64,000 bases of DNA from the human T2T-CHM13v2.0 reference genome, Homo sapiens: assembly GCF_009914755.1 (NCBI RefSeq), contig NC_060928.1. One strand, given 5' to 3'. Of this stretch, positions 32,304 to 49,511 are shown in pieces. The translations under genes were made by a program, and so were the position numbers. Below the pieces are notes generated by a model that worked only from the letters and a program-made list of their open reading frames with translations, made no database searches and had not been told where the DNA came from. Each line of letters starts with the position of its first letter. Positions within the stretch are counted from its first letter, which is position 1.

Positions 32304-35278
32304 TATATTAACAATTCTTAAGGGAAAATATATAAAGAATATCAGTTTGTATTCAAAGCTCTTTAGAAAATACAATTAATTACAACCGTTATCTTTCATG
32401 GATGCTTAAATTGTTGCAATTTGGATATTAGATACCCTTCTAAGTTGGTGTGATTTAGAATCAACACAGAGCTCCTGAAACATGTGTATAACAATATCTA
32501 CTAGACTTGCCCCCAAACCCTGTTCCAACCCTCTAAGAAATTCTGATTTCTTTTAGTAGAGGAAAAAAATGTGGAAGATAAAATTCTGTGCACCAAGGCC
32601 CGTGTCAGACACACAGAGCTGAGGCAACACTATTCTTAGGTTATACCAATAAGCAAAGCTAGAAATTATATATTTTTAAAAATTACAATACTGACATTTT
32701 CATTTTAACTCTAACATTGACTACTAAAAATGTGTTAACGCTAACAAATTATAATTAAATATCTTTTTCTCTGATAATTTAGTTCTCTGTACAATTAAAT
32801 TTTTTGTTGAAAATATCTAACAAACCTGAAATAATTAATTTGTAAGTTAACAAAATAATGTTAAAGTAATAATAAAATAAAAAGCAATAATATTCTTACT
32901 TAAACTAAGGGTTTTAGTTTTTGTTGCAATGTCTTTGAGGACTTAGTCATAAATTACTTGTCAAGGCCAATATTGAGAAAGGTATTTCCTAGCTTTTCTC
33001 CTACAATTTTTATAGTTTGAAGTCGTACATTTAAGTCTCTGTCTTGAGTTAATTTTTGTATATGGTGAGAGTAGAGGTCCAGCTTCGTACTTTTGCATAT
33101 GGCTAGTCAGCAAACCCAGCAGCATTGATTGAATAGGGAGTCTTTTCTCTGTTGCTTATTTGTTGACTTTGTTAAAGATCAGATGGCTGTAGGTATGTGG
33201 CTTTATTTCTGGGTTTTCTAGTTTGTTCCATTGATCTGTGTGTCTGCTTTTGTACCAGTACCATGCTGTTTTGGATACCATAGCCTTGTAGCATAGTTTG
33301 AAACTGAGTAATGTGATGCCTCCTGTTTTGCTCTTTTTGCTTGGGATTGCTTAGCTGCTCAGGCTTTTATTTTGGTTCCATATGAATTTTAGAATTAACT
33401 TTTCTAATTCTATGAAAAATGACATTGGCATTTTGATAGTAATATCACTGAATCTGTAGATTACTTTGGACAGTATGGCCATTTTAATGGTGTTGATGCT
33501 TCCAATCCATGAGCATGGAATGTTTTTCCATTCATTTGTGTCATCTCTGATTTCTTTCAGTAGTGTTTTGTAGTTTTCCTTGTACAGACATTTCACTTCC
33601 TTGGTTAGCTGCATTCCTATGTATTTTATTCTTTTTGTGGCTATTGTACATGAGATCAGATTCTCGATTTGGCTCTCGGCTTGATCATTATTGGTATACT
33701 GAAATGGTACTAAATTTTGTACAACAATTTTGTTTCCTTACTGAAATTGTTTATCAGCTCTAGGAGCCACTTGGCAGAGTCTTCAGGGTTTTCTAGGTAT
33801 AGAATCATATCATCAACAAAGAGAAATAGCTTGACTTCCCTTCATATTTGGATGCCTTTTATTTCTTTCTCTTGACTGATTGCTCTGGCTAGGACTTCCA
33901 GTACTATGTTTAATAGGAGTGGTGAGAGCAAGCCTCCTTGTCTTGTTCCAGTTCTCAAGGGGATTGCTTCAAGCTTTTTCCCATTCAATATGATATTGGC
34001 AGTGGGTTTGTCATTGATGGCTGTTACTATTTCAAAGTATGTTCCTTTGACATCTAGTCTGTTGAAGGTTTACATCATGAAGGGATGTTGGATATAAAAA
34101 GCTTTTTCTGTGTTTATTGAGATGATCATATGATTTTTGTTTCTAATTCTGTTTATGTGGTGACTCACATTTATTGATTTGCATATGTTGAATTAACCTT
34201 GCATCCCAGGAATAAAGCCTACTTGATCGTGGGGGATTATCTTTCTTAGGTGCTGTTAGATTCACTTTGCTATCATTTGTTAAGGATTTTTTGTGTCTAT
34301 ATTCATCAGTGATACTGGCCTGAGGTTTTTTTGTTGTTGTTTCATTGTGTCTCTGCCAGCTTTTGGTATCAGGATGATGCTGGCTTTGTAGAATGAGTTA
34401 GGGAGGAATCCCTCCTGCTCAATTTTTTTTTTTTTTTGGAATACTTTCAGTAGAATTGGCATCAGCTCCTCTTTGTACATCTGGTACAATTTGGTTGTGA
34501 ATTCTTCTGGTCTGAGGCTTCTTTTGGTTGGTAGGTTTTTTATTACTAATTCAGTTTTGGAACTCATTATTGGTCTTTTTCGGGTTTTCAATTTCTTCCT
34601 GATTCAATCTTGGCATTACATGTCTCCAGGAATTTATCCATTTCCTCTAGATTTCCTAATTTGTGTACATAGAGGTGTTCATAATAGTCTATGAGGATTT
34701 TTTGTATTTCTGTGGGATCAGTTGTAATGTCATCTTTGTCATTTTGGAATGTGCTTATTTGGATCTTCTCTCTTTTTTCTTTAAGCTAGCTAGTGGTCTA
34801 CAAATTTTGTTTATCCTTTTAAAAAACCAACTTTTTGGTTTCATGGATTTTTGGGTGTGGATTTTTGCATCTCAATTCCACTCAGTTCTGCTTTGATTTT
34901 GGTTATTTTCTTCTTCTAGCTTTGGGATTGGTTTGTTGTTTTTTGTCTAGTTCCTCCAGTTGCAATATTGTAAATCTGCGATCTTTCTAACTTCTAGATG
35001 TAGGTGTTTAGCATTATAAAATTTCCTCTTCACGCTGCTTGAGCTGCATTCCAAAGATTTTGGTGTGCTGTGTCTCTGTTTTCATTAATTTCAAATAATT
35101 TTTTGATGTCTACCTTAATTTTGTTGTTCACCCAAAAGTCATTCAGGAACAAATTATTTAATTTCCATGTCATTGTGTAGTTTTGAGAGATCTTCTTGGT
35201 ATTGATTTCTATTTTTATTGCACTGTGTTCTGAGAATGTACTTGGAATGAGTTCAATTTTTAAAAAATATATTAAGAC

Positions 35279-35687
<409 letters not shown>

Positions 35688-38600
35688 TTAAAAAATGGTT
35701 ATTTCATCTTTCAACTCTTGCACCATTTTACTGGTTTCCTTGGATTTCTTGTATCAGATTTCAGCTTCCTCCTGCATCTTACTGAGTTTCCTTGTCATCC
35801 AGACTCTGAATTCTATGTCTATCATTTCAGCCTTTTCAATCTGGTTAAAAACCATGGCTGGGGAGCCAGTGTGATCGTTCAGAGGTAAGGAAACACTCTG
35901 ACTTTTTGAATTGTTACAATTCTTTCACTAATTCTCTCTCATCTGATAGAGCTGATGGTCCTTTATCTTTTAGAATTTGCTGTCATTTTGATGGGGCGCT
36001 ATGTTTTTATATTCTTTATTTCTCTTGAGGGTTTGACTATAGGGTAAGTTGAGTACAGTCAATTGACTTATTCTGGGTGTTTACTGAAGGCCAAGGCTCT
36101 ATACAGGATCCTTATTTGTGGCTAGATTCCTGCACTAGGTTTCACAGGTTGTGTATGCCTGCAATTTTTTTTTTTTTTTTTTTTTTTTTGGTGGTGTAAT
36201 TCAGGTTACAATCCAGTAGATAGCACTTAAGAGTAAAGTAAAGGCAGGCAGCTAGGCTACTCACCTGCATGCCTCTTTTGTATTTCAGTGTGTTCACAGC
36301 AGTGCATTGTGGCAAGGGAGACAGGAAGGGAGTAGAGATGACCCCTTTGCCAGATCCGTTCCTGGGCCTTAAGGGAGCCCGATCACTGGCACTGCACCTG
36401 CATTTCCTTAGCCCCAAGGGTGGGGTGGCCTGAATCGATGGTTAGGTTGCCAGGAGACCTGCAGCTCCCCAGTGGCCCACTGGTTCTCTGTGTTTGGCAG
36501 AGTCAGAATGGGCTGTGGGAAATGTCCGCGGGTGATCTGTTGAGGCAGTAGGTCAAGGACAGGGTATCTTGAGGCAGGATGTTGTTGCTGTAGGTGTGGA
36601 GCTGATGTGGCACCTGTGGCTTGGGTTTTTTTTGCCCAACACACAGCTGTGGGGACCACCCAGCTCACTTTCCCTCAACTGGGTCTCCTTCTGGTGTCTG
36701 TCCCAGTATCTGGCCCAATTTGCTAGTTTTGTCCCAAGCCTTCTACACCCAGATCACTGGGTTATTAGATGCTCCAGGCCATGGGGGTTCCCTCAGGATG
36801 AGTCTGTGGCTTGCAGCCATGCCACACCCTTCGCAGCCCTGAGGAGGGAGACACACCCAGCTCCTGCACCAGCCTAAGAACCTGCACCCACTCTTGACAG
36901 TGTACTGAGAGTGAGGGTTCTTCCCATGCTGAAGCTCCAGCCACAGATCTCAGCTCTGCACTCCTGAGCTGTGTGCTGTAACTGTAGGGGTGGGAACTGG
37001 ACCTTCAGCTTTGTTCTCTGGCCCCTTGAGTCTAGCACCAATTATCCTGGGCGTGCTGAGCTGCTCCCAGGCTGCCAACAAAGCATTCCAGAGAGGTTGA
37101 CTGACAGAGCACTCAAATGAGGCAGTGGAGGTGGTGCTGCCTGCCTGCTCCTGTGAGAGGGCCAGGCAGGGATCCCTGGAGGGGCCGGTAGAATCAGCGG
37201 CTGCAGATCTGATGTGCCCTGGCCTCTGGGAACGACAGCCAGCCGTGTTCTCTCCCAGCCTGGCAGTCAGCAAAGGCTAGAGCCACTCAGAGGAATATGG
37301 GGAGCCATGGGGGATGGGCGCTTATGGCCATGTCTTCTTCAATTGTCCAACCCCCTGGGTTCCACACAGGGTTGAGCTCTGTCTCTGGTTACTCCCAGGG
37401 CAGTTCCCTCTGCCAGTTCCACTGTTCATGCAGGTATTGAGTGGGATCTCTTGTAGCTAGGATCCTAGAAGTCCATGGTGAGAGTGGATTGCCTCATGGT
37501 TACTGTACTCACTACTTCCTTAGGAGCCATTCAGGCCCAGAAACAAGTCCTGGCAATCAACAATCCCATGCAGGTTCCCAGCTTCCTCCCTCTTTCACCT
37601 CCTTAGGTCTGTTTCACTTCTCTACCAACTCTCAGTGTTTTCCTTGAAAGACCTGCTTAAAATGTGCTGCTTTACTCAATATTTTGGTCTCACTTGGTGG
37701 AACAGGCTCTTCCTAGTTGGCCAACCTGTACCCCTTCCTCAATATAATTATTGTTGATATAGTTGGATTTACCTGTTTTATTATTTAGTTTCTGTTGTAT
37801 TTACTCTCTTATTTTTCATTTCCCCGTTTCCAACTGTCTTTTGAAATTTTAGCATTTCATTTTAAATTACATATTGGCTTTTGGCTATCTTTCTTTACAT
37901 ATGTAAATAATTCTTATTTCTATATATATAATATTTAATTTTAAAATAACTTAATGTTAATTTTTAAAGTTTAAATTTAAACACGTTTAATTTTAACCAC
38001 ATATACACATTTGAGTAAGATAATGACCTCAGTAAATTATTTCACCACTTTTTGTTCTTTTTATGAGATCTTAAATCATTTTACAAGCAGATAAGACATA
38101 GAAATAAAGCACAAATGTAAACTGTATATGTGAAATTATGTATTCATGTTTATTTTAATTTTTATCCAAGAACTTATAATAAAGTTCATGGTCTATAAAT
38201 TTAGATAAACCTTGTTAGTATGATTTTAATGAAAATCCTTAAATTACCAGAAAGTTTCATTTTCACATTGTGTTTAGATAGCACACCATATGATTATTAA
38301 ATAGAGAAATTATGGATATAAATAGGTTTTGAGGTTTCTCTAAATTTTTTTTAATTCCTTTTACCAACCAGAACTACAGATGTAATTTCCATATATATAT
38401 ACATTTTAGTGTCTGGCTTTAAACTTTTAAATATTTAAATGTCTAGAGAAATATATAATTTTTTTTTAGTTCAAAGTGTTCAAAATAAAAGTACCACAAA
38501 TATTATTTGAGATTTTAAAGGAACTACTTTGTACAACCTATTAATTATTGAGATTATTTTATGTAGTTGCAGATCCATATTTAGGTGATATTACATGCCT

Positions 38601-39549
38601 TTAAATATCATTCAGTTATGATAAATACTTTGACAACAAAGCAAATATAAGAAATTTAGAAAACTTTCTTTCATTTACTCTTTTTTACAAATATCTAAAA
38701 GCTTATAAAAATTAAAGTGCCATACTTTCTATTTAATCTTATGAAAATTCCCATTAGAGATTTAGGACCTTATTTAGGGTCTGAGGGATTTGGCCATGGT
38801 GAGATTGATCCTGCCAATTCTCCATTGAAATCTAAATCACAGCAAAAGTTTGTGGGGAGTATAAATAAGATTTTGCATTATAACTATTGCTAGAAAGTGT
38901 CAGAAACTCTTTAATTTATCATTTTCTTAGTCTTTTGCAAAAGTGAGATAGATAATGGAAGACAGGCAACACAAAAAAATTCTTCTGGCTTTCTCTGACA
39001 TTTTGGGGAACAAAGAATGTAAAGGGAAAACTTACATACATAATGTCATTCTCACAGTGAAATTATGGTCATGTACTTGATTAACTAACACTATTTCCTA
39101 AAATAAGAATTGTGCTCTCCCCAAGAAATTCTCTTAATAATGGAGGTTAGAGGCTACATTGAAGATATAGCTGTTGTAGTAAAATTTGACACAAATGTTC
39201 TTGGAAAGATATCACAAATGACAAAAGCCTGCTTCATGAAATATAGAGCAGGGTATGGTTAAATTTAGTCTTATTAGGACCTTAGCTTTAGCCTGATAAA
39301 TCAACAAGCCAAGCTTTAATTTCATGTCAGTGCCCTTATCAAGGAAAGAAGGTCTTTCCAGCATACAATTTGTGTGAATAAAGTATCTTTTGGTCTAGAG
39401 AGATTGTTTCCTATTTGGGAAATAGTTGTCTTTGTTGAAAAACTGGAGACCTATATAGGCATGCAAATACATATTTTTATGTTTTTATGACTTTTACTCT
39501 TCACAAGATTATAAAATATTTTGACATACCAAAAAAGTCAGAGCAGTAT

Positions 39550-40383
39550 TGATGGGGTTCAGGATGTGCTACCCTAAAATATGGCACCATGGCATTTGAG
39601 AAAACAGCAGAAGCAGGAAGGTCACACTGACTTTCCCCTTTTCTCCCAGAAAGCAGGTCATAAAACCTAGGAAGGTCACTGTTTGCCCTTCTACTGCCCA
39701 TCTCCCCCTAAGTGGGTCATAAGATCCTTAACTAAAAGGTGCTACCTCTATACCTAGAGGAAAGGAGCAAAAGACACAGAGATGCCAAGGAAAAACTGAA
39801 CAAATAGGCCTTGCTGAGTCTTCCTGGAGTTTATTATCATTAGATCATATTCTTTTTTCCTCCAATTGTATTTCTCCATGCCTGTCTACTTTTCACTAAA
39901 CTAAGCACAAAACACACAAGTTTACAAGTTTCTCTGAGTCTTCATTTTCTTAAATTTTAATATTTAATTTTTGTGAGTACAGAGTAGGTATATATATATT
40001 TAGGGGTACATGATATATTTTGATATAGGCATGCAATGTGTAAATGTGTATATTGGAAACATTTTTTAAATTATGAACTATAAATGAGAAATCCATCACC
40101 TCAAGCATTTATCCTTTGTGTTACAAAAATCCAGCTATACTCTTATTTTTAAATGCATAATTAAATTATTATTGACTACTATGCTATCAAATACTAGAAC
40201 TTATTCATTCTATTTTGTGTGTGTGTGTGTGGAGTCTTTATTTTCTTGTGAAGACTTCTGTATCATGTAAAACTTCTATTAAAAATTGTATGGTCCTTTT
40301 CTTTTGTTAATATGTCTTTTGTTGTAGGTGTCTTAGTCATGAACATAGAGATTTATGTAGAGATAAATCTTTTTTTCCCTACA
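39550..40383 (+). mobile_element. MER34-like ERV1 solo LTR interrupted by L1MA
   Basis: tgatggggttcaggatgtgctaccctaaaatatggcacc...ttccctaca termini. Confidence 0.75.
39952..40231 (-). mobile_element. L1MA (1-3-like) 3' end
   Basis: ccatcacctcaagcatttatcctttgtgttacaaa; 16-bp TSD gagtctt[c/t]attttctt at 39936-39951 and 40232-40247. Confidence 0.85.
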
Positions 40384-40992
40384 CCATACTAACAGAACAA
40401 AGAACCCCCATGTGCCCTCCACCCAGCTGAAGGTCTAAAATATTATCAAAATAGTAAAGAGATTTTGTAATTCTCTCTTATCCCATCTATCTTCCTCCTC
40501 CACAAAAGTGACTACTATTTGATATTCATCATTCCCCAAAATGTCTTTATACTATTTTGAGAGATGAATGCATGAATAGCTCCAATTAAAACTTCATGTT
40601 GGAGTCTTTCTCTTTGTGGTATAAATTTCTGGCATGTTTGCCTGGGTTCCCCCTACCTCTGGAGTTTTTTTTTTTTTCATGTTTTTTCTTTAAAATCTTT
40701 AGTTGGTAAATAAATATATATCTTCTTGCTATAACTCAACTCTAATATCCTTCAATTTTATTCTATCTTTTACTGGCATTATTTAATTTTGCTGCTTAAA
40801 TTCCATTGACTTTCTCTTCCTATTTGGACCAGTTACTTCATATTTGGACAATTATTTTCTCATATAAATTTTTGTTTAGTTATAGTTTTACAAAAGGGAT
40901 TTTGACATTTGCCAGGTATCCACTAAAATTCACCTTAGTTATTTGGTATTCTTTGTGCCCCACAAGGTGTATCTGTAACTCATAGTTAGGAA

Positions 40993-41180
40993 TTTCCTTT
41001 CTTTCTCCGTCCCTCCCTTTGTCCCTCCCTCCCATTTTCCTTCCTTCCTCCCTCCCTCTCTCCTTCCTCCCTCCCTCCCTCTTTCCTTCCTCCCTCCCTT
41101 CTGCCCTCCCTCTCCTTCCCTCCCTCTCTCTCCTTCCCTTCCTTCCTCCCTCCCTCCCTCCCTTCTTTCCTTCCTTCTCT
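40993..41180. repeat. Polypyrimidine (CCTT/CCCT)n tract
   Basis: About 190 bp of almost pure C/T. Confidence 0.95.
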
Positions 41181-41254
41181 GTATTTTAAAGGTAGATCAA
41201 GAGGAGGAGATAAAAGCATACGCTCATTTGCAGTCTTGATCCGGAGGCGTCTTT

Positions 41255-41910
41255 AAGGTTTTCTGAAATAATTTCAGACTTACAGAAAAGATGTGAAAAT
41301 AGTACAAAGAATTCTCAAATATCCTCCATCCAGATTCTCCAAATTAACTTCAATATTTTTACATTTATATTACTTTTTTCTGAAATGTTCGAAAGTTGTA
41401 GACAAGATATTCCTTTTTCTCTAAAGACTTCAGTCTACGCTGCCTATAAATAAAGGCATTTTTTAAATTAACACAGAACAATTATTAAAATCAGGAAATT
41501 AATTTTGATACAGTGCTTTAAACTATAGGTAGTTAAAATTGATCAATTGCCCAACCAATGTCTTTCTATTACAGAGGAAAACTTGTTTTCTTGTCTGAGG
41601 TCTAATTTATGATTGTATATTGCATTTGGCTGGTTGTCATGTCTCTGGTTTACTTCGAAATGCTCCTTAGATTTTTTTTTATAACCTTGATATATTGTTA
41701 ATATAAGAGGTCAATTATTTGTAAAATACCCCTCAGTTTGGGTTTATGCAGTCTTTTTTCATTATTAGATTCAGGTTACCCATTTTTGGCAGGGATACAT
41801 CAGAAATTCTGTTGTGGTCATATCAGGGAAACATTAAAATTCACATGGTGTCATTTGTCTCCTTACTGGTGCTAACTTTGATCACATGGTTAAGATGAGG
41901 TCGAGGTTTC
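41255..41910 (-). mobile_element. L1MC-like 3' end
   Basis: ttctgaaataatttcagacttacagaaaag...atagtacaaagaattc terminus. Confidence 0.6.
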
Positions 41911-42740
41911 TTAAAATTTATAAGGGGTTTTACAGAAAGGGTAATGAGTAGAGAAGTGACAGTTAGGGATGCAGAGCTGTAGCAAGTACTATGGGAATAA
42001 GGAGCTGAGGAAGTGAAGCCTGGAAAGATGGAGTCACAGGTTTAGACAGAGAGCGCTCGTCAACGCTCCTAAAGCACAGGCATGGGTGGAGAGCTCCATG
42101 GACCTATCAAGAAATTCCAGATGCCAAGCATATCCAGTCACCAAAGGAGGAACATGAGGAAGGAACTTGGGATGAGCTCTATAAGATCTTGTGTCCACAG
42201 CTTATTGTCTGTGGATCCACAGAAAGGTTCTTGTAGTAGGTCTGAGGTTGCTACTGTTCAGCAGAATGGGAACTATGTGGAAATAGGGAAAACTTTTTTT
42301 TTTTTTGGTTTTAGGCTTCCTTTAAACATTAATTGACAACTATACTACTTATAATTGAATTAAAAGATGACATTCCTAGGGATAAATATAACAAAATGTG
42401 TGCAAAAATTATATACTGACAACTATAAATTATTGCTATGATATATTAAAGGAGACCTAAATAAACAGAGGGATATACCATAGTAATAAACTGAGAGACT
42501 CAATATTGTTGAGATGTCAATTATTTCAAAATTGATCTATAGTCAAATGCAATTCAAATAAGAATCCTAGAAGTCTTTTTTTTCTGTAGAAATTGACAAG
42601 CTCTTTCAAGTTCACAGAATAACCAAAATAATTTTCAAAAAAGAAAGCAAACTTATAGGAGTCAACTGTCACATTCCAAGACTTTATTTGTTGTTGTTAA
42701 TGCTACATTAATTAATACAGGATGGGTTTTCTGTAAGCAG

Positions 42741-45702
<2,962 letters not shown>

Positions 45703-46622
45703 ACATAGACATACAGATCAGTGGAAGAAAACAGAAATTCCAAATATATATATATGGCGCCAATTGCCTTCAGCAAAGGTGTCCAGGCAAGTCAATGAGG
45801 AAACAAAATCAATTTTTTCTACACAAGATGCTGGAACAATTATATTTATGCAACAGTATAAACCCTACTGTTACTTTACATCATATATACAAGTTAACTG
45901 AAAATGAATCAAAGCCCTAATTATGACAGCAAAAATTATGAAATTTCTAGAAAAAACCATAGAAAAAAATCTTGATGGACTCGCAATAGGTAAAAACTTT
46001 TAAGTAGGATGTAAAAAACATGAATTTTTTAAATGATGAATTTATTTAACCAAAAGGGGATGATAATTCTATAGTACATTATTTTTATACCCCAAAAGTT
46101 TGAAGATTGTTCTATGAATTTCTGTCACCCAATTCCAAGGAGGAAAAAGTGAATCAATCCCATAAATTTTCCCTTATTTGTTGTTTAAATGCTAAATTAT
46201 TTATAATAGGGTAAGTATTCTTAATAGAAAATTATTTTGTGAGCTTTACCATATTTGAGAAAAATAGTAATATCTCTAGTATCTGCATAATTTGGAAAGC
46301 TGGGATACAAGATTCCACTTACCCTTAAAATTTATTTTTTCCCAACATGTGACAAAGATTATAGTATTCAATCAGTTTGTTGCATAATTGAATTAATAAC
46401 TTAAAAAATTAGGAGAACTTATGGGGGCAAATAATTAAAAAAATAGAATACATGTTATTTAAGTGAATAATACACAGAGAAATACATTTAAAAAAATCTG
46501 TTAGCAGATAATAAGAAAAATTATTTTTGCATATTTATAAAAGCTGCATGTTATCTTTTGTCTCTTTATGGTAAATGTGCATATTGGAAACATTTTTTAA
46601 ATTATGAACTATAAAATATATT

Positions 46623-46702
46623 ATAATTTATATTTCTCATTAGGTTTAATTAGAATACAATAATTTATATTTCTCATTAGGTTTAATTAGAATACAATAA
46701 TT
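46623..46702. repeat. Perfect 37-bp tandem duplication
   Basis: ataatttatatttctcattaggtttaattagaataca, about 2.2 copies. Confidence 0.95.
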
Positions 46703-47350
46703 ATGAAATAAAGTGAATAGAAGTATAGGCATATCTAAAATATAAAGAAGCGAATTTAATAAAGATATTTAAAAATAACATAATGTCATGTGTTTAAAAC
46801 TATGCCAAATTACTTTCTGGGATTTTAATCACAGAACAAATTGATATAAAGACAGCGCTTGCCCTTCAAGAATTATAAATAGCATATGTTTTCATACTAT
46901 TTTTAATTTTTTACGTTTGGCATTTACTTTAGTCTGACATTTAAGAAATCTGAATATGAGAAAAACAACAGTCTTAGTATTTTGGAAAAGGTCAATTAAT
47001 CTAATTTAATATCTATAAATTGCATCTTTTGCTTTCAAAAATGGGTCTTTAAAGTCAGCTAGTTTATTGAGTGGTAAATGATGAACCTATCCTAAAAAAT
47101 ACCATCTTTATAGAAAATTCTACGATTGTTTTAATTCTCTTCGAATGCACAAAATAAGAAGTAGATAATGTCCATGAGCCTGTTAAGTCCCACTTTTGTT
47201 GTGACATGTTAGGGTCAATTTTAGTGGAAAATATACAAAAGGTTAGATTAATTCTGTTTTACAGTGACCTTCTTGAAATGAGAGCCCAAGGAGAGCTGTG
47301 CATATTACTCCACTGACCAAGTGTAAAAGATTGCGTTGAAAGACTGTATT

Positions 47351-47550
<200 letters not shown>

Positions 47551-47859
47551 CTAAATTAAAAAAAAAATCTGTACAGGACCCCTGCTTAGTTCTAGAATAC
47601 ATTACCTAAAGGTTTGTGCTCAGCTAGCTTATAACCTAGCAGAATGACAGACATACTAATTTAATTGTAATTTAATATGACAAAGAATATAATAAATTTA
47701 GCCAGATACTTGCTTGAGATGCAGAAGCTAGTAGTCACCAAGTTTTAGAACCAAAATGCAAGTGAGATTGCTCTACGTCTATAAATTACTTTCTTTCAGA
47801 CATGGCCTTTATGTAAACAGAATTATAGGCAAAGTAAACATAGCCAAAAGAAATCTTTT

Positions 47860-48530
47860 ACCCACTTCCTCTCAATCAATGATTTCTCCTCCTACTTAGA
47901 ATAAAATTCAAAGTTATTGCCATGCCTTTTGAGGGAAACATAATCTGGCCCTGGCTATGGGTCCAGCTTCCCCTTCCTCCACTCTCGTTATGCTGTGTTC
48001 TGGCCACACTGGCCTCCGGCTGTTTCTCAGATAAGCCAACACTTTGTTATGACAGGCATTTTCATGTGCTGCTCCCCCTGCCTAGAATATTCCTCACCCA
48101 GCTGTGTGCATCACTTATTTCTTCACTTCAGCTGCTTCTTGCTCAAAGTCACCTCCTCAGAATGCCTTCCAGAAGCATCCTCCAGAATAGCAACCTTCCC
48201 TTGCATTTCCCATTAGTCCTCTTTCCATGCTACAATTTTCTTTACACTTATAATTTGTTTTTGATTAAAACAATTCTATTTATTATTATTACATCATTAA
48301 TACAGAGATGTTAATAGAAAAATGGAAATGATCAAATGTACACTTAGATACACTTGATATACTATCTGTTTATATGCCTGTTTATTAATGATCTCCTCAT
48401 TCAAATGCCAGTTCCTGTGTGCAAGAGCTTTTCACATTTTATTCAATGTTTATTAATTAATATGGTTGCATTTAATACTTTATTTAAAATAGGGTCTGGA
48501 CTTATTAGAAATGTAATAAATATATAATTA
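47860..48530 (+). mobile_element. L2 3' region
   Basis: cttagaataaaattcaaag...ccacactggcctcc...tgcctagaatattc motifs. Confidence 0.6.
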
Positions 48531-49511
48531 AGTAATGATTGAGACGCATCACCTTGTCATCTGTCCTCATGGTAAATCATTAGGGGTTATCTTAGACCTA
48601 GTGCCTCAAAAGAGTCAGAAAGACTTGTGTATATATCCCTCTTCTATGTCCCAGATATCTACTATAATTTAATACTTCTACTGGGATACTGATTCGTTGT
48701 CAGCAGCCTTAGATATGTGAAGCTCTAAGTCTTGTTAGCACTGACATCATCTGGAATTACCAACTAATTTGGCTTTGTTTTGACATCATTTCTGGTAACG
48801 TATTCCATTTCATTCTCATATAAAGTATTATTCACTGTCTCCATGTCAAATCTTCCTACAAATTTAGGCCAAAAAAAGAAACTCTTAAATGCTAATTAAG
48901 AGATAAATTGACATAGTGAAGCAACATGTGGAAAATGTGAATGCTCAAGCCCAAGAATGTAACTTACGACAGTTAAGGACAAAAAGGAGGGAAAAAAAGG
49001 AGCACCTGAAGAGAACTGCCCAGTTCAGGATTAACTAGAAATGAACAGTGCACAAATCAACAATGTACAATTTTCCCTGTACTGAGAAAGGAAGTTAAAT
49101 TGCGTCCACAGTAATAGGCTGAAGAAAAGATCTGGAACTGACCTTTAAAAGCAGACTACAAAATATTTCAATTAGTTTCTAATGTCACCAAAGCAACAAA
49201 CATTTTGCACTGAATTATGTAAGATGACAACTCATTAACAGTTGACTGCTTGAATCAATGGCAATAATTTCCACTCTATTTTTGTATAAACTAATTGTGA
49301 GTGATTATAAAATCTATAATGAGTTTGAGAGTAAGGTTGGCTAAAAGTTATTTCTCATTATGTTTAAAGTGATGTGGGAGAGTTGATCAGCAAAGCTGGT
49401 TCCATTATATAGGGGACATTTGTAAACTCACATTTATTAATCCTAATAGGCTGATCATAATATTTTTTAAATCATTCAGCTTCAAAATTAGGAATCTGCT
49501 TAGAGCACGGC

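Noticed and set aside
36142-37647. GC-rich block with several ORFs, resembling a promoter or gene
   Set aside because: Explained as the 5'UTR of the minus-strand L1PA16/17.
39453-40036. 14-bp match atataggcatgcaa near 39454 and 40023
   Set aside because: Short enough to be chance.
40986-41219. Glu/Gly/Arg-rich ORF
   Set aside because: Translation of a simple repeat.
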